A stretch of 35,465 bases of DNA from Candidatus Limnocylindria bacterium (GTDB lineage Bacteria; Chloroflexota; Limnocylindria; QHBO01): positions 1-35,465 of the forward strand of contig JBKKBV010000080.1 in NCBI GenBank assembly GCA_046713375.1, written 5' to 3'. Of this stretch, positions 35,036-35,465 are shown in pieces. Positions within the stretch are counted from its first letter, which is position 1, and each line of letters begins with the position of its first letter. The notes beneath the pieces were generated by a model. That model searched no databases, had not been told where the DNA came from, and worked only from the letters and a program-made list of their open reading frames with translations. A program made the translations under genes and the position numbers.

Positions 35036-35465
35036 ATGCCGCCACAGACTCGGTACGCCAAATCAGGCGATGTGCACATCGCCTATCAGGTGGTCGGCGA
35101 CGGACCGCTCGACCTGATCTTCATCCCCGGCTGGGTCTCCAATGTCGAGGAGTGCTGGGAGCAGCCCGGGCTCGCAGCCTTCCTGGACCGACTCGCATCC
35201 TTCTCGCGACTGATCCTGTTCGACAAGCGGGGCACTGGCCTCTCGGATCGGGTCGCCAACGATGGGCTGCCCACGCTCGAGGAGCGCATGGACGATCTGC
35301 GGGCGGTCCAGGATGCGGCGGGGTCCGAACAGGCGGCACTCTTCGGCCACTCCGAGGGCGGCAGCATGAGCCTCCTGTTCGCGGCCACCTACCCGCAGCG
35401 CACGCGGGCGCTGATCACCTTCGGGGTGTTCGCTCGTCGCCGACGCGCCCCAGACTATCCGTGGG
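35036..35465 (+). CDS. alpha/beta-fold hydrolase, 5' part (runs off the window)
   Basis: This ORF is not in the track because it has no stop within the window. I translated by hand from ATG 35036: MPPQTRYAKSGDVHIAYQVVGDGPLDLIFIPGWVSNVEECWEQP...LILFDKRGTGLSD...ALFGHSEGGSMSL. It contains a GxSxG elbow. Confidence 0.75.
   Translation, partial: MPPQTRYAKSGDVHIAYQVVGDGPLDLIFIPGWVSNVEECWEQPGLAAFLDRLASFSRLILFDKRGTGLSDRVANDGLPTLEERMDDLRAVQDAAGSEQAALFGHSEGGSMSLLFAATYPQRTRALITFGVFARRRRAPDYPW

Overview
This is a visibly GC-rich (percentage not computed; G/C dominates third codon positions), very gene-dense chromosomal segment. I support about 42 protein-coding genes. I recognised no rRNA or tRNA genes, CRISPR arrays, transposases, integrases or phage genes. 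All family calls rest on motifs read by eye from the translated ORFs; no database search was possible.

Gene content, left to right:
- An MMPL transporter, with a UMF1-type MFS transporter and a glycerophosphodiesterase transcribed divergently from it.
- An ACT-domain protein, a DUF1028 protein, trxB and ispG.
- An aa3-type cytochrome c oxidase locus. The operon is ctaC, ctaD, ctaE, a subunit-IV-like gene, a tlpA-like gene and a small His-rich membrane protein. Next to it are an orphan lipoprotein, a Bacillus-type ctaG and a fused ctaA-ctaB.
- An MpaB/DUF2236 oxygenase coupled to a rhomboid protease.
- A membrane-anchored molybdoenzyme with an internal twin-arginine motif.
- A frameshifted tryptophanase/tyrosine phenol-lyase gene.
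- A six-gene co-directional cluster: a 3-blade lectin-like repeat protein, corA, an ABC-2 ATPase, two permeases and an anchored alpha/beta hydrolase.
- A Fur-family regulator translationally coupled to an arginase-family enzyme, with two DUF membrane proteins transcribed divergently.
- Two SRPBCC genes, one of them 5'-truncated.
- An HxlR regulator transcribed divergently from a leaderless-looking S1C/PDZ protease coupled to a UBP-type zinc-finger protein.
- A YcaQ-like DNA glycosylase, then DUF2520-panC-panB and a partial alpha/beta hydrolase.

I do not see a clear-cut defence island or mobile element. The most unusual features are:
- a blue-copper (cupredoxin) domain fused to CoxB;
- the HxlR / cytosolic S1C-PDZ protease / zf-UBP module;
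- the three-blade lectin-like gene heading the corA/ABC-2/hydrolase cluster;
- a His-to-Asp replacement at a metal ligand of the Fur-coupled ureohydrolase;
- the internal Tat motif in the molybdoenzyme;
- the frameshift in the beta-eliminating lyase gene.

Many long ORFs in the six-frame track are antisense or alternative-frame shadows typical of GC-rich DNA, and I rejected them.
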